From assembly GCA_046262875.1 (NCBI GenBank), contig JBHELX010000013.1, positions 17,973 to 81,972 of the forward strand: 64,000 bases of DNA, written 5' to 3'. The notes under the pieces are model-generated. The model had not been told where the DNA came from. It worked only from the letters and a program-made list of their open reading frames with translations, and did not search any database. The position numbers and the translations under genes were made by a program. This DNA is from Gemmatimonadaceae bacterium (GTDB taxonomy: Bacteria; Gemmatimonadota; Gemmatimonadetes; Gemmatimonadales; Gemmatimonadaceae). Shown one piece after another: positions 19,001 through 28,510 of the stretch; position 1 is the first letter of the stretch; the number at the start of each line of letters is the position of its first letter.

Positions 19001-19048
19001 AAAAACCCGAACTGGCGACGACACTCGCGAGTTCGGGTTTTTCTGTTT
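19001..19048 (+). terminator. Intrinsic, possibly bidirectional, terminator after yqeY
   Basis: AAAAACCCGAACT...AGTTCGGGTTTTT perfect 13-bp arms plus inner GCGA/TCGC pairing. Confidence 0.8.
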
Positions 19049-19066
19049 CAGGAAGCTCTCCTCCGG

Positions 19067-21469
19067 ATGAACGAACACGCACTTCGCGTAATCGAATTCC
19101 CAAGCGCGCTCGAGCTGGTAGCTGGTCACGCTTCTTCACGACTCGGCGCTGAGAGAATTCGCGAAGCATCGCCGACATCGGACCGTGAAGTTCTTGTCCG
19201 CGAGCACTCGCGCGTTGCGGCTGTGCGCTCGCTGATCGCGGATAAGCTCGCGTGGACTCCTCAACCAATCCCGGACATTCGTCCTGCACTCGTTCGCTTG
19301 GGAGTCCAAGGCGCATCGCTTTCTGCGGCCGATCTCCTCGCTGTTGCAAACTTGCTGCGGGGTTCGCGTCTCACCGCTGAAGCGCTCGCTCGTGCTGATG
19401 TCCCGCAATTATCGAAGGCCCTCCTCAAGGCGGAGATCAGTGCGCTGGTCAGCTCGCAGGCCGACGAAAAGAGAATTTTCGCGGCGATCGATGACGATGC
19501 AAATGTGCGCGACGAGGCCTCTCCGCTCTTGCGTCGAGTGCGCCGCGAGCTGCGCGGCTCTCAGGGCGAATTGGTGAAGCTTCTCGAGCGCGTTGTGGCC
19601 GGTCTCGATTCTCACCACCGCGTAGCCGACATGTCGGTCACTGTGCGAAATGGTCGCTTCGTCATTCCAGTGAGGAAAGAAGCGCGATCCATAATCGGTG
19701 GAATCGTTCACGACACGTCTTCAACCGGCGGCACTCTTTTCGTCGAGCCACCAGCAGCGGTGGAAGCAGGGAATCGTATCCGCGAGCTCGAAGCGGACGA
19801 GCTTCGGGAAATCGATCGCATTCTCGCTGAGCTCAGCGACGCATTACGGCCATCGCTCGATTCAATCACGGCATCGTTCGATGCGTTGATCGAGCTCGAC
19901 ACACTTTACGCTCGCGGACGATTTTCAATCGATTTCAACTGCACGAGCTTCGAGCTGGGAACGGCGAATGAAGGCTTTGCGATTACAAACGGTCGTCATC
20001 CATTACTTCTTGCTCAACGAATTCCAGTCGTGCCCTTCGATCTCGAGTTGGAGCCAGAAGAGCGGACGCTTCTCATTTCCGGCCCCAACACCGGGGGGAA
20101 AACGGTGCTGCTCAAATCGCTCGGACTTTTTGCTGCAATGGCACAATCTGGAATGCCTGTGCCGGTGGGCAAGCAGTCGAGGTTGGCGATTGTCGACGAG
20201 ATATTCGCCGACGTCGGTGACGAGCAATCCATCGACTCGAGTCTCTCGACTTTCAGCGCGCACGTAAAAAATCTTGCGGAAGTTCTGAGCTCTGCCACGC
20301 CGGACTCACTCGTCCTCATCGACGAGCTTGGATCCGGAACTGATCCAGTGGAGGGCGCCGCACTCGGTGCGGCTATCCTCGAGTCGCTCACACGCCGAGG
20401 GAGCCTGTCGGTTGCAACCACGCACCTTGGCGCGCTGAAGGAGCTGTCGTCCGAAGTTCCTGGAATCGTGAATGCGTCACTACAGTTTGACGCGGTAGCG
20501 TTGGCGCCCACGTACAGACTGATCAAAGGAATTCCGGGAAGATCGTACGGAATCAGCATCGCTCGGCGTTTGCAGCTTCCAGAGGATGTTTTAGCGAATG
20601 CCGAGGCGCGGTTGCCAACGGGTGATCGCGACGTCAACGCGCTTCTCGCTGAGCTCGAGCATCGTGAGCAGCAACTCCGCGAAACAGAGAGTGAAACCGC
20701 GGTGATCGCAGAGGACGCGAGGGCGCGAGCGCGGCGTGTTGCTGAACGAGAGCGGTCGGTAAAGGAACGCGAGAGAAATGCGGAACGCGACGCGCGTCGC
20801 GAGGCGAGGCGAGTCTTGCTCGACGCGCGTGACCAGGTAGAGCAAACCATTCGAGAGTTGCGTGAAGCAGCGGAATCTGCCAGCGAAGAGGCGGCACGCG
20901 ATGCGCGACGGAAGATCGAGCAATTGGCTTCTAATGAAGCCGCGGCGATATCGGCTCTCGACAAATCCGCTGACGTCGAATCGCGCGGGGGACTGCGCTA
21001 CGAATCCTCCCCCGGTGCGTCGCCGCCAGGAGAAGGAGACTTCGTCTCAGTCCCAACGCTCGGCGGAAAGACGGCAAGACTGCTGGAGATTCGAGGCGAT
21101 GATGCAGTCGTCGCACTCGGCTCAATCAAGATGACCGTTCCACGCGCAACACTCGTTCAGGCAGATGCACCCGATGCTGCTGAACATGTCCAAATTCCAA
21201 TTCACGGCGACATTCCGGAGCTGGAAGCGAAAAGAGAGATCGACCTTCGGGGAATGCGCGCAGCGGAAATCGAAGACCTGGTGATGCGAGCAGTCGACTC
21301 TGCCGTCCGCGCCGATTTGAAAACCCTGCGATTCATTCACGGTAAGGGAACGGGTGCGTTGCGCGAGCGAGTTGCTGAAATGCTCAGCAAAGAAAGTCGT
21401 GTGTCGAGCTTTCGGCTGGGCGCGTGGAATGAAGGAGGCGCGGGTGTGACCGTCGTGGAGCTATCGTGA
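19067..21469 (+). CDS. mutS2: Endonuclease MutS2
   Basis: SGPNTGGKT, STFSAH, DELGSGTDPVEG, C-terminal Smr domain (IDLRG..IHGKGTGALR). Confidence 0.95.
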   Translation: MNEHALRVIEFPSALELVAGHASSRLGAERIREASPTSDREVLVREHSRVAAVRSLIADKLAWTPQPIPDIRPALVRLGVQGASLSAADLLAVANLLRGSRLTAEALARADVPQLSKALLKAEISALVSSQADEKRIFAAIDDDANVRDEASPLLRRVRRELRGSQGELVKLLERVVAGLDSHHRVADMSVTVRNGRFVIPVRKEARSIIGGIVHDTSSTGGTLFVEPPAAVEAGNRIRELEADELREIDRILAELSDALRPSLDSITASFDALIELDTLYARGRFSIDFNCTSFELGTANEGFAITNGRHPLLLAQRIPVVPFDLELEPEERTLLISGPNTGGKTVLLKSLGLFAAMAQSGMPVPVGKQSRLAIVDEIFADVGDEQSIDSSLSTFSAHVKNLAEVLSSATPDSLVLIDELGSGTDPVEGAALGAAILESLTRRGSLSVATTHLGALKELSSEVPGIVNASLQFDAVALAPTYRLIKGIPGRSYGISIARRLQLPEDVLANAEARLPTGDRDVNALLAELEHREQQLRETESETAVIAEDARARARRVAERERSVKERERNAERDARREARRVLLDARDQVEQTIRELREAAESASEEAARDARRKIEQLASNEAAAISALDKSADVESRGGLRYESSPGASPPGEGDFVSVPTLGGKTARLLEIRGDDAVVALGSIKMTVPRATLVQADAPDAAEHVQIPIHGDIPELEAKREIDLRGMRAAEIEDLVMRAVDSAVRADLKTLRFIHGKGTGALRERVAEMLSKESRVSSFRLGAWNEGGAGVTVVELS

Positions 21470-23289
21470 TTCCCGACGAGACGATCGAGCAGGTTCGGGA
21501 GTCGGCCGACATCGTCGGAATCATCGGCGAGTATGTCCCGCTCAAGCGCACGGGTGCCGATTTTCGCGGACCATGTCCGTTTCACCAGGGAACCCGGCGC
21601 AATTTTTCCGTCTCGCCGTCGAAGCGCATGTATCACTGCTTCGTCTGCAACGAGAGCGGCGACGTATTCAAGTTCCTCACGAAGCGACTCGGCGTGGATT
21701 GGCCTGAAGCCGTGCGGATGGTTGGCGAGAAGGTTGGCATCGAGGTGCGCGACACTCAGGTGCGCCGCGATGGCCCTGATCCTCGGGAGCCATTCTGGGA
21801 GCTCAATGCAACTGCCGCCGCTTACTTCCGACAGTTGTTATGGGACGAAGAGATCGGCGCGCCGGCACGTGCATATCTCGCCGAGCGCGACCTATCGCGC
21901 GATGTCGCGGAAGAATTCGACCTCGGATTTGCGCCGCGGGAAATCGGGCTCATGCGGAACTACATGAACACTCTCGGCTTCGATGACACGCGACTTCTCG
22001 AGGCAGGACTTCTCACCCAGCCGGATCAGGAGACCGAGCCCCGTCCGAGATTCCGTAGTCGGTTGATCTTCCCGATTCTCGATGTGGCGGGACGTCACGT
22101 GGGATTTGGCGGACGACTCCTCGGTCCGGGTGACGTGAAATATCTCAATTCTGCGGAGACGCCGGTTTTCTCGAAGGGAAAACTTCTCTACGGCTTGAAC
22201 AGATCGCGAAATGCGATTCGTCGCGCAGATCGAGCGCTGATCGTCGAAGGTTATTTCGACGCCGTGCGTTTGATGGGCGCCGGGATCGAAGAGGTAGTCG
22301 CGCCGCTTGGGACTGCGCTTACCGAGATGCAGGCGAGTCTACTTCGAAAATACACGCGCAACGTTTTTCTTCTTTACGACAGCGATGCGCCGGGACTCAA
22401 AGCGACGTTCCGCAGCGGAGACGAGCTGCTGCGGCAAGGATTTGCAGTCCGCGTGGTAACGCTTCCACCGGGAGAAGATCCGGACAGCTTTGTGCGACTC
22501 CACGGTGCTGCCGCAATGGAGCAACAGCTCGAGAACGCAATGGATGTGTTCGAGCGCAAAATTCAGATTCTCGAGCGCGCGGGCTGGTTCGGTGAGCTGC
22601 AGAAGAAACGGCGCGCTCTCGATCGTCTTCTTCCGACAATCCGCGCGACGTCGGATCCGATCATGCGCGATCTTTACGTCTCGCGTGCCGGCGAAATCAC
22701 GGGCGTCGATCGGAAGATTCTGCTGAGCGAGCTCGGCGGACATCGTGAGACTACGTCGCCCATACCACAGCGACAAACACCTGCACCGCGGATCAATGTC
22801 GAGATTCGCAAATCTCGCGGGGATCGCCGTGGGCGGTCTCATGTACGAGGCGCTTCATCGGAGAAAGCCCTCGTTCAGGCGATGCTAATGCAGCGTTCGC
22901 GCGCCGATGCGATCGCCGACCGGATTGGCCCCGACAGCTTCAGGGACTCCCGCTATCGCGCAATTTTTTCGGCACTCCTCGGCGCAGGTGAGAGCGCGAC
23001 CATCGAGGAAGTTACCGCGACGCTCGACCCGGAGGAGATCGAGGTGATCGAATCGCTGATGGAAGATCCAAACGCGCTCGTCGATGCGCAGCGCACCATC
23101 GATGATTCGTTGGCGAAGCTCGAGGTAAGGGAGATCGAAGAGCGTTTGGCCGAGATCGACCGGCTCTTTCCGCTCGCCAGCGGCGCTGAGAAAATGGGTC
23201 TCGATGAAGAGCGGCAGAAACTCGTTCTGCAGATGCGCGCGTCGGGCAAGATGTCGTTCAAGGCGTTCCGGCCGGGCCGTGCGCGCTAA
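21466..23289 (+). CDS. dnaG: DNA primase
   Basis: CPFH...CFVC zinc finger, KYLNS, VEGYFD, YDSDAPG, GEDPD. Confidence 0.96.
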   Translation: MIPDETIEQVRESADIVGIIGEYVPLKRTGADFRGPCPFHQGTRRNFSVSPSKRMYHCFVCNESGDVFKFLTKRLGVDWPEAVRMVGEKVGIEVRDTQVRRDGPDPREPFWELNATAAAYFRQLLWDEEIGAPARAYLAERDLSRDVAEEFDLGFAPREIGLMRNYMNTLGFDDTRLLEAGLLTQPDQETEPRPRFRSRLIFPILDVAGRHVGFGGRLLGPGDVKYLNSAETPVFSKGKLLYGLNRSRNAIRRADRALIVEGYFDAVRLMGAGIEEVVAPLGTALTEMQASLLRKYTRNVFLLYDSDAPGLKATFRSGDELLRQGFAVRVVTLPPGEDPDSFVRLHGAAAMEQQLENAMDVFERKIQILERAGWFGELQKKRRALDRLLPTIRATSDPIMRDLYVSRAGEITGVDRKILLSELGGHRETTSPIPQRQTPAPRINVEIRKSRGDRRGRSHVRGASSEKALVQAMLMQRSRADAIADRIGPDSFRDSRYRAIFSALLGAGESATIEEVTATLDPEEIEVIESLMEDPNALVDAQRTIDDSLAKLEVREIEERLAEIDRLFPLASGAEKMGLDEERQKLVLQMRASGKMSFKAFRPGRAR

Positions 23290-23307
23290 TAACCCAGGGG
23301 GAAACTG

Positions 23308-24015
23308 ATGCAAAATGATGTCGAGGTGTTGTTGTCATTGCAGGCTGACGATACAGAGATATACGAGCTGGAAACGCGATTGCGCGCGCTCGAGCCGCGA
23401 ATGTCGGAGCTGGACAGGAAACTCGAGAACGCAGTCGCGACGCTTAATCGCGCCAAAGGCTCAGTCGAAACGGAAGAAAGGCGACAGCGCGACTTGCTGA
23501 CGAAGGTCGCAGCGCACAAGCAGATGCAAGAGCGAAATCTTGCCCAGCTGGATGCTGTGAAGCGTCTCAAGGAAGCGACCGCGGCAATGGCACAGGTCGA
23601 GTCTGCGCGTCGCATGATTGCCGACGACGAGAGCGAGCTTGCGACAATCGGTCGAAGACTTGTTGAGCTGAGATCGTCGGTGGAGACGCACGAAGCAGCA
23701 GTGGCTGCCGTGGAGGAAGAACAGCTTCTCGCACGCGACGAAATTTCGAAGGAGAAAACGGAGATTTCATCCGCGCTCGAGACAGCTCGGAAGGCAAGAA
23801 ATGAAAAGACAGCCGGTGTATCGCGACCGCTTCTGGGAAAGTACGACCGCATTCGAACCCGTCGCCCTAAGGCACTCTACGCTCTGCGCGGAGACTCGTG
23901 CGGCAACTGCGACACTGCGATTCCAATGCAGCGTCGGAATCTCATGGCCGTGAACGGAGCGATCGACGTGTGTGAGGCGTGCGGTGTACTCCTCTATCGC
24001 GCGTCGGGCGCTTGA
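23308..24015 (+). CDS. Coiled-coil protein with C4-type zinc ribbon (DUF164 family)
   Basis: Long heptad region then CGNC...CEACG. Confidence 0.85.
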   Translation: MQNDVEVLLSLQADDTEIYELETRLRALEPRMSELDRKLENAVATLNRAKGSVETEERRQRDLLTKVAAHKQMQERNLAQLDAVKRLKEATAAMAQVESARRMIADDESELATIGRRLVELRSSVETHEAAVAAVEEEQLLARDEISKEKTEISSALETARKARNEKTAGVSRPLLGKYDRIRTRRPKALYALRGDSCGNCDTAIPMQRRNLMAVNGAIDVCEACGVLLYRASGA

Positions 24016-24046
24016 GCGGCTTTAGAGCGGTGTCTAGCTTCCGAGG

Positions 24047-25810
24047 GTGACTGCAACGACTGCAATTCCTGACACCCCAAGAGCAATTCGCGGCAACGCG
24101 CGCTGGATAATTCCGCGTGCGCCCGACCCTGAAGTCGTTGCGAGTTTGCGGGACAAGCTGAGCATCCCGGAAACGGTCGCGAACCTTCTTTTCATTCGCG
24201 GCCATGTCGATGCGGATTCCGCAAAAGATTTTCTGCGCCCGCGGCTCGCTCATCTACACGATGGATTCTCCATGCGCGGACTCGCCAAAGCGGTCGAGCG
24301 ACTCGCGCGCGCGTGTCACGATGGTGAAACCGTACTCATTCACGGCGACTACGACGTCGATGGAATCTGTTCGACAACGATCATGACGCGAACGCTCCGC
24401 GAATTCGGCGCGAAGGCTGTTCCGTTCATTCCTCGACGCATCGAAGACGGATATGATCTGAGCGCTGCCGGAGTTCGCGCTGCGATCGAAAATCACGCGT
24501 CAGTTGTACTCACGTGCGATTGTGGGACAAGCGCACGTGAGCCAGTTGCCGAGCTGTGCAAAGCCGGCATCGATGTGATCGTAACGGACCATCACCTTCC
24601 CGGCGAAGCGCTTCCAGAATGTTTGGCGGTCCTCAATCCGCAACAGGGGGGATGCGAATATCCCGACAAAGATCTCGCGGCTGTTGGAGTTGCGTTCAAG
24701 CTCGCGCTCGCGCTCGCGAGGCATCTTGGTCGAAATGATTCGTTCATCTGGGGAATGCTCGATCTCGTCGCGCTCGCAACCGTTGCCGACGTTGCCCCGC
24801 TCCGAGGAGAAAATCGCATCCTTGTGAGATATGGTCTGCGGATGTTGACGCAGACCCGGAACATAGGATTGCGCTCGATGATTCGCGCCGCTGGGCTCCA
24901 GGGGAAAGTTCTCACCGCGGGTCGCGTCGGTTTCATCCTCGCGCCCCGACTCAACGCCGCAGGTAGAGTCGGCCACGCGATGCGAGGAGTGGAGCTGTTG
25001 ATGAGCACCGACGAGCATCACGCTAACTCACTCGCGCGTGAGCTCGAAGAGCTCAATGCGCGGCGGCAAGAGCTCGATCATCGAGCGCTCGATGAAGCGC
25101 GTGACATGCTGCTCCAGATGGATCCCGCAAAGACGTACGGAATAGTGCTCGCAAGTGAAGCGTGGCACCCGGGAGTGATCGGCATCGTCGCCTCTCGAAT
25201 TGTCGAAGAGTACGGACGTCCAACAGTGTTGATCGCGCTCGACGGTGACACGGGGAAGGGATCTGGCCGCGGGATTCAGGCCGCGAAGTTCAACCTTCAC
25301 ACCGCGCTTGCGAAATGCAGCGACCTCCTGCTTCGCTTCGGCGGACACAAAGCGGCTGCCGGCATCACCATCGAGCGCCACCGCGTCGAAGATTTCACAC
25401 GAAAGTTCAACGAAGTCTGCCGCTCGATGTTGCGACCTGAAGATCTGGTTCCCGAAGTGCGAATCGACATGGAAGTTGCGCTCGATGGAGCGAACGCAGA
25501 GCTCGAGCGATTACTCAGACATTTCGAGCCTTTTGGAATTGGCAATCCGGCGCCGGTACTCGTCGCGCGAGGTGTTCGGCTCGTCGCTCCTCCAAAGTTG
25601 ATTGGCCGCGATGGACTGAAGCTCCGCCTTTCCGCCGGAAAGGGCGAGCTCGAGGCAATCGGGTGGGGATTTGCGCCCCGCATTGCCGAGTTCGACGTAG
25701 CACTTCCGGTGGACATTGCATTTCGCCTGGAGCGCGACGATTACCACGGGGAGAGTCGTTTGCAGGCGCGAATAGCCGATATCTCTCCGCAGCAAAATCC
25801 CCTGATCTGA
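24047..25810 (+). CDS. recJ: ssDNA exonuclease RecJ
   Basis: GDYDVDG, TCDCG, TDHH, ADVAPL, PRLNAAGR, GGHKAAAG. Confidence 0.96.
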   Translation: MTATTAIPDTPRAIRGNARWIIPRAPDPEVVASLRDKLSIPETVANLLFIRGHVDADSAKDFLRPRLAHLHDGFSMRGLAKAVERLARACHDGETVLIHGDYDVDGICSTTIMTRTLREFGAKAVPFIPRRIEDGYDLSAAGVRAAIENHASVVLTCDCGTSAREPVAELCKAGIDVIVTDHHLPGEALPECLAVLNPQQGGCEYPDKDLAAVGVAFKLALALARHLGRNDSFIWGMLDLVALATVADVAPLRGENRILVRYGLRMLTQTRNIGLRSMIRAAGLQGKVLTAGRVGFILAPRLNAAGRVGHAMRGVELLMSTDEHHANSLARELEELNARRQELDHRALDEARDMLLQMDPAKTYGIVLASEAWHPGVIGIVASRIVEEYGRPTVLIALDGDTGKGSGRGIQAAKFNLHTALAKCSDLLLRFGGHKAAAGITIERHRVEDFTRKFNEVCRSMLRPEDLVPEVRIDMEVALDGANAELERLLRHFEPFGIGNPAPVLVARGVRLVAPPKLIGRDGLKLRLSAGKGELEAIGWGFAPRIAEFDVALPVDIAFRLERDDYHGESRLQARIADISPQQNPLI

Positions 25811-26332
25811 GTGCGTATCGTCGCGGGTCGCTGGCGTGGAAGAATCATCGATGCGCCGGGCGGCGCGGTGGTACGCCCGACGCTCGATCGCGTTCGCGAA
25901 GCGTGGATGAGCGTTCTTCAGGCAGATATTCCGGGTGCGAAGGTAATCGACTTGTTCTCCGGCTCCGGCGCGCTTGGCCTCGAAGCACTGTCGCGCGGCG
26001 CTCAGTCTGCAGCGTTCGTCGAAAACAATTCAGCGAGCTTGAGGATTCTCCACGCGAACATCGATAAGCTTGGCGCGTCCGATTCTGCGACGGTTCACAG
26101 AGCCGACGCTTTGAAGTTCATCGAGAAGCTCGGTCCAGCCGCGTTCGACCTCGCTTTCGCCGACGCGCCTTACGCCGGCGGCGGAGCGGCACGAGTCGCT
26201 GCCCACTGGCTTCAAGTTCCTTTCGCGTCGATCTTGTCCGTCGAGCATGCCGCCTCTGATTCGATGCCGGCTGGCGGCGTGACCCGGCGTTACGGCACCA
26301 CGGCGATCACCATTTATCGCTCCGAGGAATAG
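25811..26332 (+). CDS. rsmD: 16S rRNA m2G966 methyltransferase RsmD
   Basis: RIVAGRWRG, RPTLDRVRE, DLFSGSGALGLEALSRG; motif IV reads DAPY; rsmD-coaD synteny. Confidence 0.9.
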   Translation: MRIVAGRWRGRIIDAPGGAVVRPTLDRVREAWMSVLQADIPGAKVIDLFSGSGALGLEALSRGAQSAAFVENNSASLRILHANIDKLGASDSATVHRADALKFIEKLGPAAFDLAFADAPYAGGGAARVAAHWLQVPFASILSVEHAASDSMPAGGVTRRYGTTAITIYRSEE

Positions 26333-26333
26333 C

Positions 26334-26831
26334 GTGGGAACAATCGCGATTTACGCGGGAAGCTTCGATCCAATCACTCGCGGCCACGAAGATCTGATCA
26401 CGCGCAGCTGCGAGTTCGTAGACAAGCTCGTCGTTGCAGTTGCGCGCAATAGCTCGAAGAAGCCCCTGTTCACTGCGGACGAGCGGGTCGAAATGATAAA
26501 CGACGTGACCCGCGGCAATGATTGTGTAGATACCCAGCAGTTCGAGGGGCTGCTCGTAAATTTCGCGAGAAGTGTCAACGCGTCGCTCATCATTCGTGGA
26601 TTGCGAGCGATGAGCGACTTCGAATATGAATTTCAGATGGCGCTCATGAATCGGCATCTCTCACACGGGCTGGAGACTGTGTTCATGATCCCGTCGGTCG
26701 AGACGACGTTCATCAGCTCGAGTATCGTGCGGGAAATCGCGCTCCATGGTGGTTCGCTCGAAGGCCTCGTGCATCCCGCCGTTGCAGAAGCGTTGACGAA
26801 ACGGTACGCGCAGAACGCGAAATCGAAATAA
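26334..26831 (+). CDS. coaD: Phosphopantetheine adenylyltransferase
   Basis: YAGSFDPITRGH, IRGLRAMSDFEYE, ISSSIVRE. Confidence 0.96.
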   Translation: MGTIAIYAGSFDPITRGHEDLITRSCEFVDKLVVAVARNSSKKPLFTADERVEMINDVTRGNDCVDTQQFEGLLVNFARSVNASLIIRGLRAMSDFEYEFQMALMNRHLSHGLETVFMIPSVETTFISSSIVREIALHGGSLEGLVHPAVAEALTKRYAQNAKSK

Positions 26832-27740
26832 ATGCGTTTCATCGAGAGCATCCGCCGACGGGCGGCCGCCCTCGATGCGAGAATTGCATTTCCGGAATCC
26901 GCAGATGCGCGAGTTCTTGAAGCGGCGGTCTCATTATCAACGCTCGGGATTGTCCGCCCGGTTCTCGTTGTCGACTCGGGAACGCCGAGCCCCGCGCGTG
27001 GGGAAGCGACCGGACTCGAAGTCATCGTCGCACCCGAGGGTTCGAGGTTGGAGTACGCGGACTCCCTCGTCGCTGAAGGAAAGGTCGACGGATGCGTGGC
27101 CGGTGCGGTTTTTACATCGGCGGATGTGCTCCGAGCCGCGCTTCGCAAAATAGGCGTGCGTGCGGGACTCACGACGGTCTCCAGCGCTTTCTATATGGTT
27201 GCCGGTTCCTCGTGGGAAGCGTCCAGCGACGTTCTCACATTCACTGACTGCGCTGTCGTCAGATATCCAACAGCGGAGCAGCTGGCCGAGATCGCCATAA
27301 CTGCTGCCGAGGATCGTCGGCGCATTGTGGGCGATGAGCCGCGCGTCGCTCTGCTTTCATTCAGCACTCATGGAAGCGCTGCCGGCGAGAGCGTGCAAAC
27401 CATCCTCGCTGCGCTTGACCTGATTCGGTCTCGCGCGCCCGGACTCGCAGTGGACGGAGAATTGCAAGGTGATGCGGCGCTGGTTCCGGAGATCGCGCTT
27501 CGCAAGGCGCCCGGCGGAAGCATTGGTGGCAAAGCAAATGTGCTCGTGTTTCCTTCGCTCGACGCGGGAAACATCGCGTACAAGCTGGTGCAGCGTCTCG
27601 CAGGTGCGAGCGCGATCGGTCCCATCCTGCAGGGACTGGCCCGGCCTGCCGCCGATCTCTCGCGCGGCGCTACCGCGGAGGACATTATTAACGTCGCTGC
27701 AATCACTGCTCTGCAATCGGTGCCTGCGGCGGCCGAATAA
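26832..27740 (+). CDS. pta: Phosphate acetyl/acyltransferase (short, internal deletion)
   Basis: [45 protein letters not shown]. Confidence 0.85.
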   Translation: MRFIESIRRRAAALDARIAFPESADARVLEAAVSLSTLGIVRPVLVVDSGTPSPARGEATGLEVIVAPEGSRLEYADSLVAEGKVDGCVAGAVFTSADVLRAALRKIGVRAGLTTVSSAFYMVAGSSWEASSDVLTFTDCAVVRYPTAEQLAEIAITAAEDRRRIVGDEPRVALLSFSTHGSAAGESVQTILAALDLIRSRAPGLAVDGELQGDAALVPEIALRKAPGGSIGGKANVLVFPSLDAGNIAYKLVQRLAGASAIGPILQGLARPAADLSRGATAEDIINVAAITALQSVPAAAE

Positions 27741-27758
27741 AACACTCGGAGACAAAGA

Positions 27759-28091
27759 ATGAGTTTCTCGATCAGCAAGCAGGGAGATGTGGTAGTCGTC
27801 GACGTCGAAGGTCAGCTCATCGTCGGTAATCGCCAGGAGCTCAAGCAAAAGGTTCTGGACGAGCTCGAGCGCGGCGAAAAGAAATTTCTGATCGACTTCA
27901 GTCAGACCGGTTACATCGACAGCTCTGGACTCGGCGTTTTGGTCTCGCTCTCCAAGAAAATCCGCGAGCAGGGAGGAGAGCTTCGCCTCGCGAACCTCAA
28001 CGACGATCTGCAGACGCTGTTCGAGCTCACCAAGCTCGACACACTCTTTCAAATCTCGGACTCAAGGGAGCGTGCGCTCGAGAGTTTCTGA
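27759..28091 (+). CDS. STAS anti-sigma factor antagonist (RsbV/SpoIIAA-like)
   Basis: YIDSSGLGVL with phosphoacceptor Ser, LFELTKLD. Confidence 0.92.
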   Translation: MSFSISKQGDVVVVDVEGQLIVGNRQELKQKVLDELERGEKKFLIDFSQTGYIDSSGLGVLVSLSKKIREQGGELRLANLNDDLQTLFELTKLDTLFQISDSRERALESF

Positions 28092-28510
28092 TGGCTAAAC
28101 CGCGCGTCGCTCTCGACATCGAGATCCCCAGCGACGTCAAATACATCGAACAAGTTGTAGAGCTCGCGACGCGTCAGTGTCGCGAGCTTCACATACCCCC
28201 GAAAAAATGCTCGTTGAACGTTCCCGTGGCGCTCTCGGAGGCGCTATCGAACGCGATCATCAGAGGCAATGCCAATGGTAGGGGCAAGCACGTGCGTGTG
28301 CGCGCCCTGGTCAGCGATGAAGCGATCGTGTTCGACGTTGCAGACGAAGGCCCCGACTTCGATATGGAGAAACTGCGAGTCGAGCCAACGGCCGAGACAA
28401 TTATGCGCGAAGACGGGCGCGGTCTTTTTCTGATGCATCGTCTGATGGACCGCGTCGAGCATATCCGCAACCGCGGCAACGTCATCAGGCTCACGCTCCG
28501 CCGCGAATGA
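28091..28510 (+). CDS. Anti-sigma factor / Ser kinase (RsbW-like)
   Basis: EALSNAIIRG (N box), DEGPDFD, GRGLFLM. Confidence 0.88.
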   Translation: MAKPRVALDIEIPSDVKYIEQVVELATRQCRELHIPPKKCSLNVPVALSEALSNAIIRGNANGRGKHVRVRALVSDEAIVFDVADEGPDFDMEKLRVEPTAETIMREDGRGLFLMHRLMDRVEHIRNRGNVIRLTLRRE

